This document shows, piece by piece, positions 50,109 to 61,614 of a DNA stretch of 64,000 nt. This DNA comes from Actinomycetes bacterium (GTDB lineage Bacteria; Actinomycetota; CALGFH01), in NCBI GenBank assembly GCA_036000965.1, contig DASYUT010000206.1, forward strand, positions 1,193 to 65,192, in the 5' to 3' direction. The translations under genes and the position numbers were made by a program. Numbering within the stretch: the first letter of the stretch is position 1; each line of letters begins with the position of its first letter. The notes beneath the pieces are model-generated. The model was not told the DNA's origin. It worked only from the letters and a program-made list of their open reading frames with translations, and made no database searches.

Positions 50109-51218
50109 ATGACCGCATCTTGGACCCCTCCGATCGGCATCCCGGGCGGGACCGACACGCCCGACCTGGTCGTCGACCTGGACGTCGTGGAGTCCAACAT
50201 CGCCAGGATCGCCAAGGAGATGGCCAGGCGCGGGGTGGACCTCCGTCCCCACTTCAAGACCCACAAGAGCCTCCGCATCGCGCGGCTGCAGCTAGAGGCG
50301 GGGGCCGTGGGCGTGACCTGCGCCACCCTCGCGGAGGCGGAGGTCCTGGTGGCCGCGGGGATCACGGACGTGTTCGTGGCCTATCCGGTGTGGGCGGGAG
50401 GCGCCAAGGCGGCACGGGTCCGGCGCCTGCACGAGCTGGGCCGCCTCTCGGTCGGGATCGACGACGAGGTCGCGGCCGGGGTGCTCGGCGAGGCGGTGCG
50501 GGGAAGTCGTGCGCGGCTCTCCGTCCTCGTCGAGGTCGACTCGGGGCTTCGCCGCTCAGGCGTGGGCGGGCCCGACGACGCCGTCGTCGTGGCGCGCGCA
50601 TGCCGGAAGGCCGGCCTCCAGGTGTCCGGCGTGTTCACCCACGGTGGGCACGGGTATGGGCCGGGCGCGGCCGAGAAGGCCGCCCGGGACGAGGTCGAGC
50701 TGCTCCGGGTGGTCGGCGACGCGCTCGCCGACGACGGGTTCGAGATCGCGACCCGCAGCGCCGGCTCCACGCCGACCGCGCTGCGCTCCGCCATGGGCTG
50801 CGTGACCGAGGAGCGGCCGGGAACCTACGTCTTCGGCGACTGGCAGCAGAGCGTGCTCGGCAGCTGCGCTCCCGACGGCGTGGCGCTGATCGTGGCCTCG
50901 ACCGTGGTCAGCACGGCGGTGGACGGGCAGTTCGTGATCGACGCGGGGGCCAAGACGCTCTCCAAGGACCGGCCGGACTGGCTCCCCGGGCATGGCTACA
51001 TCCCGCGCTTCCCCGGCGCGCTGGTGGCGCGGCTGTACGACCATCATGCCGCGTGCGAGGTGTCCGACGGTGCCGCCCGACCGGCGGTCGGGGAGATCGT
51101 GGGCGTTGTCCCCAATCACGTCTGCCCGGTGGTCAACCTGGCCAGGTCCCTGACGGTCGTGCGGGACGGTCGGGTCATGGATCGGTGGCCCGTCGATGCG
51201 CCGGCCCGCAACACCTGA
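50109..51218 (+). CDS. alanine racemase-domain PLP-dependent enzyme (DSD1 / D-threonine aldolase-like family)
   Basis: 'RPHFKTHKSLRIARLQLEAGAVGVTCATLAEAE' PLP-lysine region of the alanine-racemase N-terminal fold. Confidence 0.7.
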   Translation: MTASWTPPIGIPGGTDTPDLVVDLDVVESNIARIAKEMARRGVDLRPHFKTHKSLRIARLQLEAGAVGVTCATLAEAEVLVAAGITDVFVAYPVWAGGAKAARVRRLHELGRLSVGIDDEVAAGVLGEAVRGSRARLSVLVEVDSGLRRSGVGGPDDAVVVARACRKAGLQVSGVFTHGGHGYGPGAAEKAARDEVELLRVVGDALADDGFEIATRSAGSTPTALRSAMGCVTEERPGTYVFGDWQQSVLGSCAPDGVALIVASTVVSTAVDGQFVIDAGAKTLSKDRPDWLPGHGYIPRFPGALVARLYDHHAACEVSDGAARPAVGEIVGVVPNHVCPVVNLARSLTVVRDGRVMDRWPVDAPARNT

Positions 51219-51334
51219 CCGCTCGGGCCTGGTGAACTGGACGGTACCGTGGCCCGTGACGTTCAGGGCTCGTTCAGCGACACTTCAGCCCCAGCGGGGC
51301 AGGATCCGTCGTGTGGCTGGCGGAGGAGAGCACG

Positions 51335-52012
51335 ATGCGGGTGCTGGTGGTCGAGGACGAGAAGCGGCTCGCGGCCGGGCTCCGCAACGGGCTCGAGGCC
51401 GAGGGGTTCGCCGTGGACGTGGCCCTGGACGGCACCGACGGGTTGTGGATGGCCCGGGAGAACCCGTACGACGCGATCGTGCTGGACATCATGCTGCCCG
51501 GGGTCAACGGCTACAAGGTCTGCGCCACCTTGCGGGAGGAAGGGGTCTGGACGCCGATCCTGATGCTCACCGCCAAGGACGGGGAGTGGGACGAGGTCGA
51601 GGCGCTCGACACCGGGGCCGACGACTACCTGACCAAGCCCTTCTCCTACGCGGTGCTCCTGGCCCGGCTGCGGGCGCTGCTGCGGCGGGGCGCTCGTGAG
51701 CGGCCAGTGGTGCTCGAGGCGGGCGACCTGCGGCTTGATCCGGCGGCCAGACGGGCGTGGCGAGGCGAGGCCGAGGTGGAGCTGACCACCCGGGAGCTCG
51801 CGCTGCTGGAGTTCCTGTTGCGCCGCCGGGGCGAGGTCGTGTCGAAGCGGGAGATCCTCGAGCACGTCTGGGGCTACGACTTCGAGGGCGACCCGAACAT
51901 CGTCGAGGTCTACGTGCGGCATCTCCGCAACAAGCTCGACCGGCCGTTCGACCGGGACTCGATCCAGACGCTCCGGGGGGCCGGGTACCGCTTGGCGGCG
52001 CAGGGTGGCTGA
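51335..52012 (+). CDS. OmpR-family response regulator
   Basis: Receiver domain 'VLVVEDE…D…ILDIMLPG…LMLTAKD' plus winged-helix 'LTTRELALLEFLLRRRGEVVSKREIL'. Confidence 0.9.
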   Translation: MRVLVVEDEKRLAAGLRNGLEAEGFAVDVALDGTDGLWMARENPYDAIVLDIMLPGVNGYKVCATLREEGVWTPILMLTAKDGEWDEVEALDTGADDYLTKPFSYAVLLARLRALLRRGARERPVVLEAGDLRLDPAARRAWRGEAEVELTTRELALLEFLLRRRGEVVSKREILEHVWGYDFEGDPNIVEVYVRHLRNKLDRPFDRDSIQTLRGAGYRLAAQGG

Positions 52013-53390
52013 GCGGCGGCGGTCCTGGCCTGCCCGGACCGGGACGGTGCGGGTGCGCACGACCGTGGCCGCCGTGATGGTCGTCGGGGTGGCCATGGCC
52101 GTGGGTGGGGTGCTGATGGTGACGGTGCTGCGGGACGCGCTCACCCGCCAGGTGGCGGCCGCGGCCCGGCTGCGGGCCATGGACGTGGCAGCGGTGCTCG
52201 CGTCGGGGGCCGAGCCACAGAAGCTCGCGGTCGACGACGACGAGGACCTGATGATCCAGGTGCTGGACCGGGACGGCAGGGTGGTCATGTCGAGCCCCAA
52301 CGTCAAGGGGCTGCCTGCGGTGGCCCGGCTGCGCCCTGGGGAGTCGGCCCCGGTCGAGGTGCCGATCGACAACGACGACGAGTTCCTGGCCGTGGCCACC
52401 GCCGCCGACACCGGCGACGGCCGCTTCACCGTCGTGGTGGCCCGCAACGTCGAGACGGTGGCCCAGTCGGCCCGGATCGTCACCGGCATGCTGGCGGTCG
52501 GGCTGCCGCTGCTGCTGCTGCTGGTCGGTGTGACCACGTGGAGGGTGGTGGGCCGGGCGCTGGCGCCGGTCGAGGCGATCCGCGGCGAGGTCGACGCGAT
52601 CTCCGCCGCCGAGCTGCACCGCCGGGTCCCCGACCCGCCGGGCGACGACGAGATCGCCCGGCTGGCCAAGACGATGAACCGGATGCTCGACCGGCTCGAG
52701 CGCGCCCAGGTCCGCCAGCGGCGCTTCGTGTCCGACGCCTCCCACGAGCTGCGCTCACCGGTCGCCTCCATCCGCCAGCACGCCGAGGTCGCCCTGGCCC
52801 ACCCCGACCGCACCACCACCGTCGAGCTGGCCGAGACGGTGCTGGCCGAGGACCTCCGGGTGCAGCGGCTGGTGGAGGACCTGCTGCTGCTGGCCCGAGC
52901 CGACGAGCACACCCTGGGGCTGCGCCGACGCCTCGTCGACCTGGACGACCTGGTGTTCAACGAGGCCCGCCGGCTGCGGGACGCCAACGGGGTGCGGGTC
53001 GACACCACCGCGGTGTCGGCCGGCCGGGTCGACGGAGACGCCGGCGGGCTGCGCCGGGTGCTCCGCAACCTCGGCGACAACGCCGCCCGCCACGCCCGCG
53101 GCCGCATCTCGTTCGCGCTCGCCGAGCGCGACAGCGTGGTGGTGCTGGCGGTGGACGACGACGGGCCGGGGGTCCCCGAGGCCGACCGCGAGCGGGTCCT
53201 CGAGCGCTTCGTCCGCCTCGATGACGCCCGGGCCCGCGACGCCGGTGGCAGCGGGCTCGGCCTGGCCATCGTGGCCGAGCTGGTCGCCGCCCACGGCGGC
53301 ACGCTCGCCGTCGCCGGCAGCCCTCTGGGTGGCGCCCGGATCGAGGTCACCCTCCCACGTGGCGGCAACGGCGCCGCGCCGGGCAAGTGA
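52005..53390 (+). CDS. sensor histidine kinase (TM, HAMP, HisKA, HATPase_c)
   Basis: H-box 'FVSDASHELRSPV', N-box 'LRNLGDNAARHA', G-boxes 'DDGPGV' and 'GSGLGLAIV'; overlaps the response-regulator stop. Confidence 0.9.
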   Translation: MAERRRSWPARTGTVRVRTTVAAVMVVGVAMAVGGVLMVTVLRDALTRQVAAAARLRAMDVAAVLASGAEPQKLAVDDDEDLMIQVLDRDGRVVMSSPNVKGLPAVARLRPGESAPVEVPIDNDDEFLAVATAADTGDGRFTVVVARNVETVAQSARIVTGMLAVGLPLLLLLVGVTTWRVVGRALAPVEAIRGEVDAISAAELHRRVPDPPGDDEIARLAKTMNRMLDRLERAQVRQRRFVSDASHELRSPVASIRQHAEVALAHPDRTTTVELAETVLAEDLRVQRLVEDLLLLARADEHTLGLRRRLVDLDDLVFNEARRLRDANGVRVDTTAVSAGRVDGDAGGLRRVLRNLGDNAARHARGRISFALAERDSVVVLAVDDDGPGVPEADRERVLERFVRLDDARARDAGGSGLGLAIVAELVAAHGGTLAVAGSPLGGARIEVTLPRGGNGAAPGK

Positions 53391-53455
53391 ACCGGGTCAC
53401 CCTCCCACGTGGTGGCAACGGCGCCGCGCCGGGCAAGTGAACCGGGTCACACTCG
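53345..53455. repeat. 51-bp tandem duplication (×2 plus a partial third) of the 3' end and stop codon of the histidine kinase gene
   Basis: GGTCACCCTCCCACGTGGYGGCAACGGCGCCGCGCCGGGCAAGTGAACCG repeated. Confidence 0.9.
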
Positions 53456-53584
53456 CCTGAAAGGGACTTCAGGTGCGTTCAGCCTCCGCTCAGGTGCCGC
53501 TCGGCATGCTGACCACGCAGCCAGTGAGGCTGCGCGAATCCTGGCACGGCCCGAGCAGCGACAGGCACCGAGAGGAGCGCGTCG

Positions 53585-53926
53585 ATGCGGCGCATGACCA
53601 AGACCAAGTGGCTCGCTGGCGGGGCGCTCACCGTCGCCCTGATCGGCACCGGCACCGGGTTCGCGCTGCCCCCCCTGAGCGCCCAGGACGACAAGCCGCT
53701 CACCGGAGCGAACCTCGACAGGGCGGTCGCTGCAGCGCTCGCCAGCACCGGCGGCGGCGCGGTCACCGGGACCGAAGCCGGCGACGACGGCGCCGCCTTC
53801 GGTGTGGAGATTCGTTTCAAGGACGGCCGCCAGGTCGAGGTCAACCTCGACAAGGACTTCAAGGTCGTCGGCCGGGAAACCGACGACGACGGCCCCAACG
53901 ACGACGACGGCGCCAAGAACAGCTGA
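53585..53926 (+). CDS. PepSY domain-containing secreted protein
   Basis: Signal peptide; 'AAFGVEIRFKDGRQVEVNLDKDFKVVG' PepSY-like motif; follows the two-component system. Confidence 0.55.
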   Translation: MRRMTKTKWLAGGALTVALIGTGTGFALPPLSAQDDKPLTGANLDRAVAAALASTGGGAVTGTEAGDDGAAFGVEIRFKDGRQVEVNLDKDFKVVGRETDDDGPNDDDGAKNS

Positions 53927-54176
53927 TCGCGAAGACCAGCCGGCCCACGGCACAGCGGGTGGCGGCAACCCCCGGCGCCGCCACCCGCTGCCCCCCTTCC
54001 AGGAGGTGCACCGGTGCCCTCGGGCGCCGGACGGCACCATCGCCACGCGCCGACCCGCTGCCCGGCAGCGAGGCCCGCAGCAGCACGACGTTCGGCGTAC
54101 TCACGCTCCGGCTCGCCGACCGAAGCTATGACTGGCGCTTCGTGCCGGCGAGCCGGAGCGGGTTCAGCGACGCAGG

Positions 54177-57100
54177 TCAGGCACCTGCCACTGACGGCGC
54201 GCCCGGGCCTCCGCCGGCGCTCTGGCGGGACCTCCTGGACTTGGCGAACCGCAGGTACAGGATCGGGACGATGAACAGGTTGAGCAGGGTCGAGGTGACC
54301 AGGCCACCGAGGATGACCACGGCCATCGGGTGCTCGACCTCGTGACCGGGGATGTCGCCCAGCACCACCAGGGGCACCAGGGCCAGCCCGGTCGCCAGCG
54401 CGGTCATCAGGATCGGCGCGAGCCGCTCGCGTGCCCCGCGCAGGACGAGCCCAGGCCCGAAGGTCTCGCCTTCCTCCCGTTCGAGATGCTGGCAGTGGTT
54501 GATCAGCATGATGCCGTTGCGCGCCGCGATCCCGAGCACCGTGAAGAACCCGATGAGCGAGCCGAGCGAGATGATGCCGCCAGCTGTGTACGCCGCCAGT
54601 ACCCCGCCCACCAGCGCCATCGGCAGGGTCAGGAAGAGGAGCGTGGCCAGGCGCCAGCTTCCCCCGAACGCCGCCTGCAACAGCAGGAAGATCCCGATCG
54701 CGGCGGCACCCCCGAAGGCGAAGATGCGCCGCTGGGCGGCCTGCCGCTCCGCGTACTCCCCGAGCAGCTCCGCGTGGAACTCGCGCGGGAACTGGATTCC
54801 GTCGATGGTGCGCTTGACGTCGGCCACCACGGAGCCGAGGTCCCGTCCCTGCACGTTGGCGTCGACGTCGATGCGGCGGGCGAGGTTCTCGCGTTCGATG
54901 AGGTTCGGGGTCGGCTTGATCTGCACCTGGGCCACGTCCCCGAGCCGCACGTGCCCGCCGCCTGGCGTGTCGATCAGCAGCGCGCGGATGTCGTTCAGGC
55001 TGTTGCGTGCGCTGGGCGTGCTCCACACGTGCACGTCGTAGGCCTTGCCGTCCCGGAAGATGTCACCGACCTCTTCGCTCGCCACCCAGGTGGCCGCCGC
55101 CCGGCGCACGTCGCCTGGCTTGAGCCCGTAGCGTTCGGCCTTGGCGAGGTCGACCTTGACGTCGACCTGTGGCACGTCGGCTTGGAGCGACACGTGCAGA
55201 TCGACGATGCCGCCGATCTTCGAGAGGGCTGCCTCCGCCTCCTTCGCCTTGCTGCGGAGGGTCGCCAGGTCCTGGCCGTAGATGCGCACGACGATGGCGT
55301 CGCTCGTTCCCGCCAGCACCTCCCTGATCCGCTCCTTCAAGTAGGTCTGCACGTCGCGCTGGAGCCCCGGGTAGCCGTCGACCACCTTCTGGATGGAGGC
55401 CACCGTCTGGTCGTAGTCGACCTTGGGATCGACGCTGATCCAGTTCTCGCCGAAGTTCACGCCGACCACTTCGTCGGCCAGCAGGGCCTGGCCGATGTGG
55501 GCGCCGAAGTTGCGCACCCCTGGGATGGACCGCAGCTCGCGACTGGCCGCCGTGGTGATCCGGGTCATCTCCGGATGGGAGGTGTCGGGCTTGGTCACCC
55601 AGTGCATCAGGAAGTCCCGCTCCTTGAACGAAGGAAGCAGCGACTGCCCGAGCATCGGGTAGACCATGAGGCCGAGCAACGCGATGACCGCGACGGTGGC
55701 GAACGCCGAGAGCGGCCGGTGGATGAGCCGCGCCAGGACCGCGTGATAGCCGCGCTGGAGCACGCGGTACAGCGGGGGGTCGCGGCGGTCGAGCGGCGCG
55801 CTCCGCAGCAGGATGAGGCTCATCGCCGGCGTCACGGTCAGCGCGATCACCAGCGAAGCCAGCACCGCCAGCCCGTACGAGAAGACGAGCGGCCGGAAGA
55901 ACGCGCCGGACAGGCCCTGCAGGAAGAAGATCGGCATGACCGCCACCACGGCGATCAGCGTCGCGTAGATGATGGGGCTGCGCACCTCGAGCGAGGCCTC
56001 GAGCACGACCGACGCGGTGGACCTGCCGGTCCCTTCCCGGCGATGCTGGCGCAGGCGCCGCAGGATGTTCTCGACGTCGATGATGGCGTCGTCGACCACG
56101 ACCCCGACGGCGATCACCAGCCCCGCCAGCACCATCGTGTTGATCGTGGTGCCGCGCAGGTAGAGCACGATCACCGCCGCCACCAGCGACAGCGGGATCG
56201 CCACCAGGCTGATCAGCGCGGTGCGCCACTCGAAGAGGAAGGCGCCGAGGACCAGCACCACCAGCAGGCAGCCGAGCAGCAGCGCCCTGGTGAGGTTGTG
56301 GATCGCCATGTCGATGAAGGTCGCCGGCCGGAAGATGGTGGTGTCGATCTCCATCCCGGAAAGGCCGGGCCGCAGCGCGTCGAGCGCCGCCTCCACGCCT
56401 TGCGTCACCTGCAGGGTGTTGGCGCCGGGGAACTTCTCGACGATGAGCATGAGCCCAGGGCCGTCGTTGATGACGGCGTCACCGGCCAACGGTTGGTGGC
56501 CTTCCACCACGTTGGCTACGTCGCCGATGCGCAGCGGCTTGCCGTTCTTTCGCTCGAGCGTCACCTTGGCCAGGTCGTCCGGGGTCACGATGGGCAGGAC
56601 GTGGCGGACCCCGAGCCGCTGGTTGGGGGTCTCGATGAACCCCCCGGTGCCGATCATCGCCCCGTCGGAGAACCGCAGGATCCCCGCGTCCAGGGCGTCC
56701 GCGGTGCCCTCCATGACCTGGTCGAGCGAAACGCCGCTGGCCTGCAACCGTTCCGGTTCAACCTGCACGTGCATCTGCTTGATCCGCTCGCCCCAGATCG
56801 CGATGTTCGCCACGCCTGGCACGCGCAGCAGGCGGTTCCTGATCGTCCAGTAGGAGATCGCCGACATGTCGATCAGCGACACGCTCTTGGAGGAGAGCCC
56901 GATCTTCATGACCCGGCTGGTCGCCGAGAGGGGTTGCATCATGAACGGCGGCGCCGCCCAGGTCGGCAAGGTCGGCGTCACCGTTGCGACGCGCTCCTGC
57001 ACCAACTGGCGCGCCCGCAGCAGGTCGGTCCCGGTCTCGAAGATGAGGACGATGGACGACAGCTGGGGGACCGACTTGGAGCGCATCACGTCAAGCCCCT

Positions 57101-57329
57101 CCACCCCGCTGAGCGCCTCCTCGAGCGGCACGGTGACCAGGGCCTCCACCTCGGACGAGGAGAGCCCGAGGCAGGGGGTCTGGATCTCCACCCGTGGCGG
57201 TGCGAACTCGGGGAAGACGTCCACCGGCATCTGTGCCAGTTGCCCGACGCCGAAGAACATCATCGCCGCGGCGACCGCGACCACGAGGAAGCGGAACTTC
57301 AGGCTCGACCCAACGATCCATCGCATCAT
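54177..57329 (-). CDS. CusA/CzcA-family heavy-metal efflux RND transporter (copy 1)
   Basis: 1050 aa, 12-TM RND architecture; N-terminus '[27 protein letters not shown]…' typical of the HME-RND family. Confidence 0.9.
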   Translation of the reverse strand: MMRWIVGSSLKFRFLVVAVAAAMMFFGVGQLAQMPVDVFPEFAPPRVEIQTPCLGLSSSEVEALVTVPLEEALSGVEGLDVMRSKSVPQLSSIVLIFETGTDLLRARQLVQERVATVTPTLPTWAAPPFMMQPLSATSRVMKIGLSSKSVSLIDMSAISYWTIRNRLLRVPGVANIAIWGERIKQMHVQVEPERLQASGVSLDQVMEGTADALDAGILRFSDGAMIGTGGFIETPNQRLGVRHVLPIVTPDDLAKVTLERKNGKPLRIGDVANVVEGHQPLAGDAVINDGPGLMLIVEKFPGANTLQVTQGVEAALDALRPGLSGMEIDTTIFRPATFIDMAIHNLTRALLLGCLLVVLVLGAFLFEWRTALISLVAIPLSLVAAVIVLYLRGTTINTMVLAGLVIAVGVVVDDAIIDVENILRRLRQHRREGTGRSTASVVLEASLEVRSPIIYATLIAVVAVMPIFFLQGLSGAFFRPLVFSYGLAVLASLVIALTVTPAMSLILLRSAPLDRRDPPLYRVLQRGYHAVLARLIHRPLSAFATVAVIALLGLMVYPMLGQSLLPSFKERDFLMHWVTKPDTSHPEMTRITTAASRELRSIPGVRNFGAHIGQALLADEVVGVNFGENWISVDPKVDYDQTVASIQKVVDGYPGLQRDVQTYLKERIREVLAGTSDAIVVRIYGQDLATLRSKAKEAEAALSKIGGIVDLHVSLQADVPQVDVKVDLAKAERYGLKPGDVRRAAATWVASEEVGDIFRDGKAYDVHVWSTPSARNSLNDIRALLIDTPGGGHVRLGDVAQVQIKPTPNLIERENLARRIDVDANVQGRDLGSVVADVKRTIDGIQFPREFHAELLGEYAERQAAQRRIFAFGGAAAIGIFLLLQAAFGGSWRLATLLFLTLPMALVGGVLAAYTAGGIISLGSLIGFFTVLGIAARNGIMLINHCQHLEREEGETFGPGLVLRGARERLAPILMTALATGLALVPLVVLGDIPGHEVEHPMAVVILGGLVTSTLLNLFIVPILYLRFAKSRRSRQSAGGGPGAPSVAGA

Positions 57330-57348
57330 GGCTGAGAACGTCCTTCAG

Positions 57349-57804
57349 TCAGTGTCCGCCACCGATGCCGACCTCGGTGCCGAACAACTCGGCGGCGCCG
57401 ACGGTCACGACCGCGGTGCCAGAGGGTGGGCCGGCCGAGAGGACCGCCTGGTTCCCGTTGATCTGGTCGATGCTGATGGAGTGCCGGACGAACACGAGGG
57501 GCTCGGGGTTCGTGTAGGCCCAGGCGGCGCCCTTCGGGTCGTAGATCACCGCGGCGTAGGGGATGACCTTTCGCTGCTTCCCGCCGACGTTCGCGTCACC
57601 GACCTCGGCCGTCTGGATACCGAGCCGCTTGGCCGCCTGCGCGGTCAGCGTGATGCGGCCGAGACCCGTCGCCTCGTTGTGCTCGACCTTGGCGGGTTCG
57701 ATCTTGCTCTTGCTTGCCCCTTCTGCCGCCTTCTGCGTGCACGCCGCGAGTTGGAGACAGGCGATGAGCAGGAGCACGATCATCCATCGGTTACCGTGTC
57801 GCAC
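57349..57804 (-). CDS. lipoprotein resembling the C-terminal (membrane-proximal/beta-barrel) part of an RND periplasmic adaptor; truncated MFP-like
   Basis: Lipobox 'LQLAAC'; 'IPYAAVIYDPKGAAWAYTNPEPLVFVRHSISIDQINGNQAVLSAGPPSGTAVVTVGAAEL' resembles the C-terminal end of CusB-type adaptors. Confidence 0.5.
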   Translation of the reverse strand: MRHGNRWMIVLLLIACLQLAACTQKAAEGASKSKIEPAKVEHNEATGLGRITLTAQAAKRLGIQTAEVGDANVGGKQRKVIPYAAVIYDPKGAAWAYTNPEPLVFVRHSISIDQINGNQAVLSAGPPSGTAVVTVGAAELFGTEVGIGGGH

Positions 57805-57816
57805 CGAGCTTCCCCC

Positions 57817-60800
57817 TTATGCGTTCACCTTGGCCATAACCAGGTCGACCTGGGGCCCGCTGACAGGTTCCGGTTCGGGGCGACGAGCCCCGAACCGCAG
57901 GTAGAGGGCGGGCACGATGAACAGGTTGAGCAGCGCCGAGGTGACCAGGCCACCCAGGACGACCACGGCCATCGGGTGCACGATCTCGTGACCGGGGTTG
58001 TCGAGCACCACCAGGGGCACCAGGGCCAGCCCGGTTGCGAACACGGTCGTCAGGACCGGCGCGAGCCGTTCCCGTGCCCCGCGCACGACGAGCTCGGGGC
58101 CGAAGGTCTCGCCTTCGTCACGCTCGAGACGGCGGTAGTGGCTGACCAGCAGGACGCCGTTGCGCACTGCGATCCCCAGGACCGTGAAGAACCCGGCGAG
58201 CGCACCGAGCGACATGATGCCGCCGCCCGCGAGTGCCGCCAGCACGCCGCCCACCAGCGCCACGGGCAGGGTCAAGAAGACCACCGCCGCCAGGCGCCAG
58301 CTGCCGAAGGCCGCCTGCAGGAGGAGGAAGATCCCGATGGCGGCGGCTGCCGTGTAGTTGACGACGCGCCGCTGGGCGGCCTGCCGGTCCGCGTAGTCGC
58401 CGAGCAGCTCCGCGTGGTACTCGAGCGGGAAGCTGAGCTGCTTGATGCGACGGTCCACGTCGCCAGCGACCGCGCCGCGGTCACGGCCCCGCACGTTGGC
58501 GCTGACGTCGACGAGACGCGAGACCGCTTCACGCCGGATGACGTTGGGAGCCGCCGCGACGCGCACCTCGGCAACGTCCCCCAGCCGCACGTGCCCGCCG
58601 CCGGGCGTGTCGATCAGGAGCTCGCGAACACTGGTCAGGCTGGTGCGCGTCGCGGGCGTGCTCCACACCTGCACGTCGAACACCTTCTGCTCCTCGAACA
58701 AGCTGCCGACCGCGATCCCTGACAGCAACGTGGTCGCCGCCCGGCGCACGTCGCCTGGCTTGATCCCATAGCGCTCGGCCGCGGCGAGGTCGACCTCGAC
58801 CTCCAACGTCGGCTCCTCGACCGGCTGCTCCACCTTCGGGTCGACGACACCGTCGATCCCCGAGATGGCCTGCCGCACCTCCTCGGCCTTGCTGCGGAGG
58901 ACCTCCAGCTCCTGGCCGTAGACGCGCACGACGATGGCGTCGTCGCCTGCCCCCGCCGGTGCCTCGCCCGCCACCGGCAGTACCCCGCTGGTCCTGTCCT
59001 TCAGATAGGTCAGCACCTCGTGCTGGAGCCCTGGGTAGCCGTCGACCACCTGCTGGATGGAGGCCACCGTCTTGTCGTAGTTGGCCTCGGGGTCGATGCT
59101 GACCCACAGCTCGCTTGAGTTGATCCCGACCACCTGGTCCGACATCACCGCACGCCCCACATGGGCGCCGACGTTGCGGACCCCCGGAGTGGACCGGAGC
59201 TCGTTGCTGACCTGGGCCACGATCCGGGTCATCTCCGGACCGGAGGTGCCGGGCGCGCCGTCCCAGCGGATCAGCAGGTTGCGCTCCTTGAACGGGGGAA
59301 GCAGCGACTGCGACCGCCCGGCCCATGGCAGCACCGCCAGGCCGAGCAGGACGATGACGCCGGCGGTCGCGACCACCGCGCGCGGCCGGTTGACGGTGCG
59401 CGCGAGGACCCCGTCGTAGCGACCCTGGAGCCGGCCCACGAGCGGGGACTCGCGGCGCCCGGCCGGCGGCCTGGACAGGAGCAGGACGCTGAGCGCTGGC
59501 GTGACGGTCAGCGCGACCACCATGGAGGCGAGCACCGCCAGCCCGTAGGAGAGGGCGAGCGGCCGGAAGAACGCGCCGGACAGGCCGCCCAAGAGGAGGA
59601 CCGGCACGAGGGCGAGAAGGATGATCAGCGTCGCGTAGAGGAGCGCGCCGCGCACCTCGAGCGAGGCCTCGAGGATGACCGCTGCGGTCGACTTGTCGCT
59701 GTCCTCCTGGCGATGCTGGCGGAGGCGCCGCGCGACGTGCTCGACACCGACGATGGCGTCGTCGACGACGATGGCGACGGCGAGCACCAGTCCCGCCAGG
59801 ACCATCGCATTGAGTGCCGCCCCACGCAGGTAGAGCACCAGCACTGCCGCAGCCAGCGACACCAGGATCGCCACGAGGCTGATCAGCGCGGTCCGCCAGT
59901 TGAACAGGAAGACGACGAGGACCAGGAGCAGGAGCGCGCAACCCAGGAGCAGCGGCAGGGCGAGGTTGCCCATGGCCGTCTCGATGAAGGACGCCGGGCG
60001 GTAGACGGAGGAGTCGATCTCCATGCCAGCCAGACCGGGCCGGAGCGCCTCGAGCGCCGCGTCCACCCCTCGGGTGACTTCGAGCGTGTTGGCCTCCGGG
60101 AACTTCTCGACGACGAGCATGAGGCCGGCACCGTTGTTGACGCTGGCGTCACCGATGAGCGGCTGGTGGTCCTCCACCACGCTGGCCACGTCACCCAGAC
60201 GCAGCCCCCGGCCGCCCGCCCGCCCCTTCTCGATGGTGACCTTGGCCAGGTCGGCGGGGGTCGTGATGGGCAGGACGTGGCGCACGCCGAGCCGCTGGTT
60301 GGGGGTGTCGATGAACCCTCCGGTGCCGGGCGTCGATGCGTCCAGGAAGGTCAGTGGCGACACCCACAGGGCGTTCCCGGTGGTCTTGATGACCTCGAGC
60401 AGCGACACCTTGTGGGCTCGCAGCTTGTCCGGGTCGACCTGCACCTGGAGCTGGCGCTCCCGCTGGCCCCAGATGGCGACGTTCGCCACGCCGGGCACGC
60501 CCATCAGGCGTGGCCTGATCGTCCAGCGGGTGAGCACCGACTGCTCGATCGCGCTCAGGTTCTTGGAGGAGAGCCCGATCATCATGACCCGGCTCGACGA
60601 CGACAGGGGCTGGAGCATCGTGGGCGGCTTCGACACCTGCGGCAACGCATGCGCCTGGGTGAGGCGCTCCGCCACCAACTGCCGTGCACGGAACAGGTCG
60701 GTCCCCGGCTCGAAGACGAGCACGATCGACGACAGTCCGGGAACCGACTCCGAGCGAATTGTCTCAAGCCACGCCACGCCGTTGAGCAGGTCGGCCTCCA

Positions 60801-61005
60801 GCGGGACGGTGATCAATTGCTCCACCTCGTCCGCGGAGAGACCGAGGGCCTCGGTCTGGATCTCCACGTACGGCTGGGTGAACTCGGGCAGGGTGTCCAC
60901 CGGCATGTTGCGAAGCTGGGTGACACCGAGGAACAGCGTCGCCGCAGCGACCGCCACCACCAGGAGCCGAAACTTCAGGCTCGACCCGACGATCGAACGC
61001 ATCAC
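57817..61005 (-). CDS. CusA/CzcA-family heavy-metal efflux RND transporter (copy 2)
   Basis: 1062 aa paralogue of copy 1 with the same architecture. Confidence 0.9.
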   Translation of the reverse strand: MMRSIVGSSLKFRLLVVAVAAATLFLGVTQLRNMPVDTLPEFTQPYVEIQTEALGLSADEVEQLITVPLEADLLNGVAWLETIRSESVPGLSSIVLVFEPGTDLFRARQLVAERLTQAHALPQVSKPPTMLQPLSSSSRVMMIGLSSKNLSAIEQSVLTRWTIRPRLMGVPGVANVAIWGQRERQLQVQVDPDKLRAHKVSLLEVIKTTGNALWVSPLTFLDASTPGTGGFIDTPNQRLGVRHVLPITTPADLAKVTIEKGRAGGRGLRLGDVASVVEDHQPLIGDASVNNGAGLMLVVEKFPEANTLEVTRGVDAALEALRPGLAGMEIDSSVYRPASFIETAMGNLALPLLLGCALLLLVLVVFLFNWRTALISLVAILVSLAAAVLVLYLRGAALNAMVLAGLVLAVAIVVDDAIVGVEHVARRLRQHRQEDSDKSTAAVILEASLEVRGALLYATLIILLALVPVLLLGGLSGAFFRPLALSYGLAVLASMVVALTVTPALSVLLLSRPPAGRRESPLVGRLQGRYDGVLARTVNRPRAVVATAGVIVLLGLAVLPWAGRSQSLLPPFKERNLLIRWDGAPGTSGPEMTRIVAQVSNELRSTPGVRNVGAHVGRAVMSDQVVGINSSELWVSIDPEANYDKTVASIQQVVDGYPGLQHEVLTYLKDRTSGVLPVAGEAPAGAGDDAIVVRVYGQELEVLRSKAEEVRQAISGIDGVVDPKVEQPVEEPTLEVEVDLAAAERYGIKPGDVRRAATTLLSGIAVGSLFEEQKVFDVQVWSTPATRTSLTSVRELLIDTPGGGHVRLGDVAEVRVAAAPNVIRREAVSRLVDVSANVRGRDRGAVAGDVDRRIKQLSFPLEYHAELLGDYADRQAAQRRVVNYTAAAAIGIFLLLQAAFGSWRLAAVVFLTLPVALVGGVLAALAGGGIMSLGALAGFFTVLGIAVRNGVLLVSHYRRLERDEGETFGPELVVRGARERLAPVLTTVFATGLALVPLVVLDNPGHEIVHPMAVVVLGGLVTSALLNLFIVPALYLRFGARRPEPEPVSGPQVDLVMAKVNA

Positions 61006-61490
61006 TGGTGGAGACCTCCCAGCGCAGTCATGTCCACCCCCCTAAGGACGGGCTCTGGCCGGCAACCCGCCTTCCAGCCTCAGCCGGTGCGGGAATGCGC
61101 GTCAGAACGCAAAGAAAGCAGCGGGGAAGGTCAGGCCGACCAGCCCCAAAAGAAAAGCCCCTCCTACAACTCCCCCGGTCCGATCCGGGCGGCGGTGCTG
61201 GATACCAGCCGCTGCCGCCAGCCCGAGATCTGCAAGGCAAGGATGGATGGCATGCGATCACGCTGTCAATACTTCAATTGGCGCAGGTGAGCTACCTTCC
61301 GGGAGAGGACGTCGCAGCCGCCGTCCGGGGCCACAGGTCGTTTCTGCCAAGTCGAGCAACCCGGCTTCCGCGTGCCGTCCACCCGACCCAGATGGTCCCG
61401 TTCCATTTTGCTCGAAGGAGGATGCGCGGCTGCTGCTCGCAGCGCGCGGCGTGACCGTCGTGCCCACCGACAACCTCGACTTCCAGGGGC

Positions 61491-61545
61491 TGGAGCGGCT
61501 GGAGCGGCTGGAGCGGCTGGAGCGGCTGGAGCGGCTGGAGCGGTT
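61491..61545. repeat. 9-bp tandem repeat (CTGGAGCGG) ×6 immediately upstream of the DeoC-like gene
   Basis: Six consecutive units; would encode (LER)n if translated. Confidence 0.85.
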
Positions 61546-61614
61546 CCTCCTTCAGGCAGGAAAGGATGTCAAACTGTGGCCCTGTGACCGCCACCATCCG
61601 CACGGGAGCGAGCG

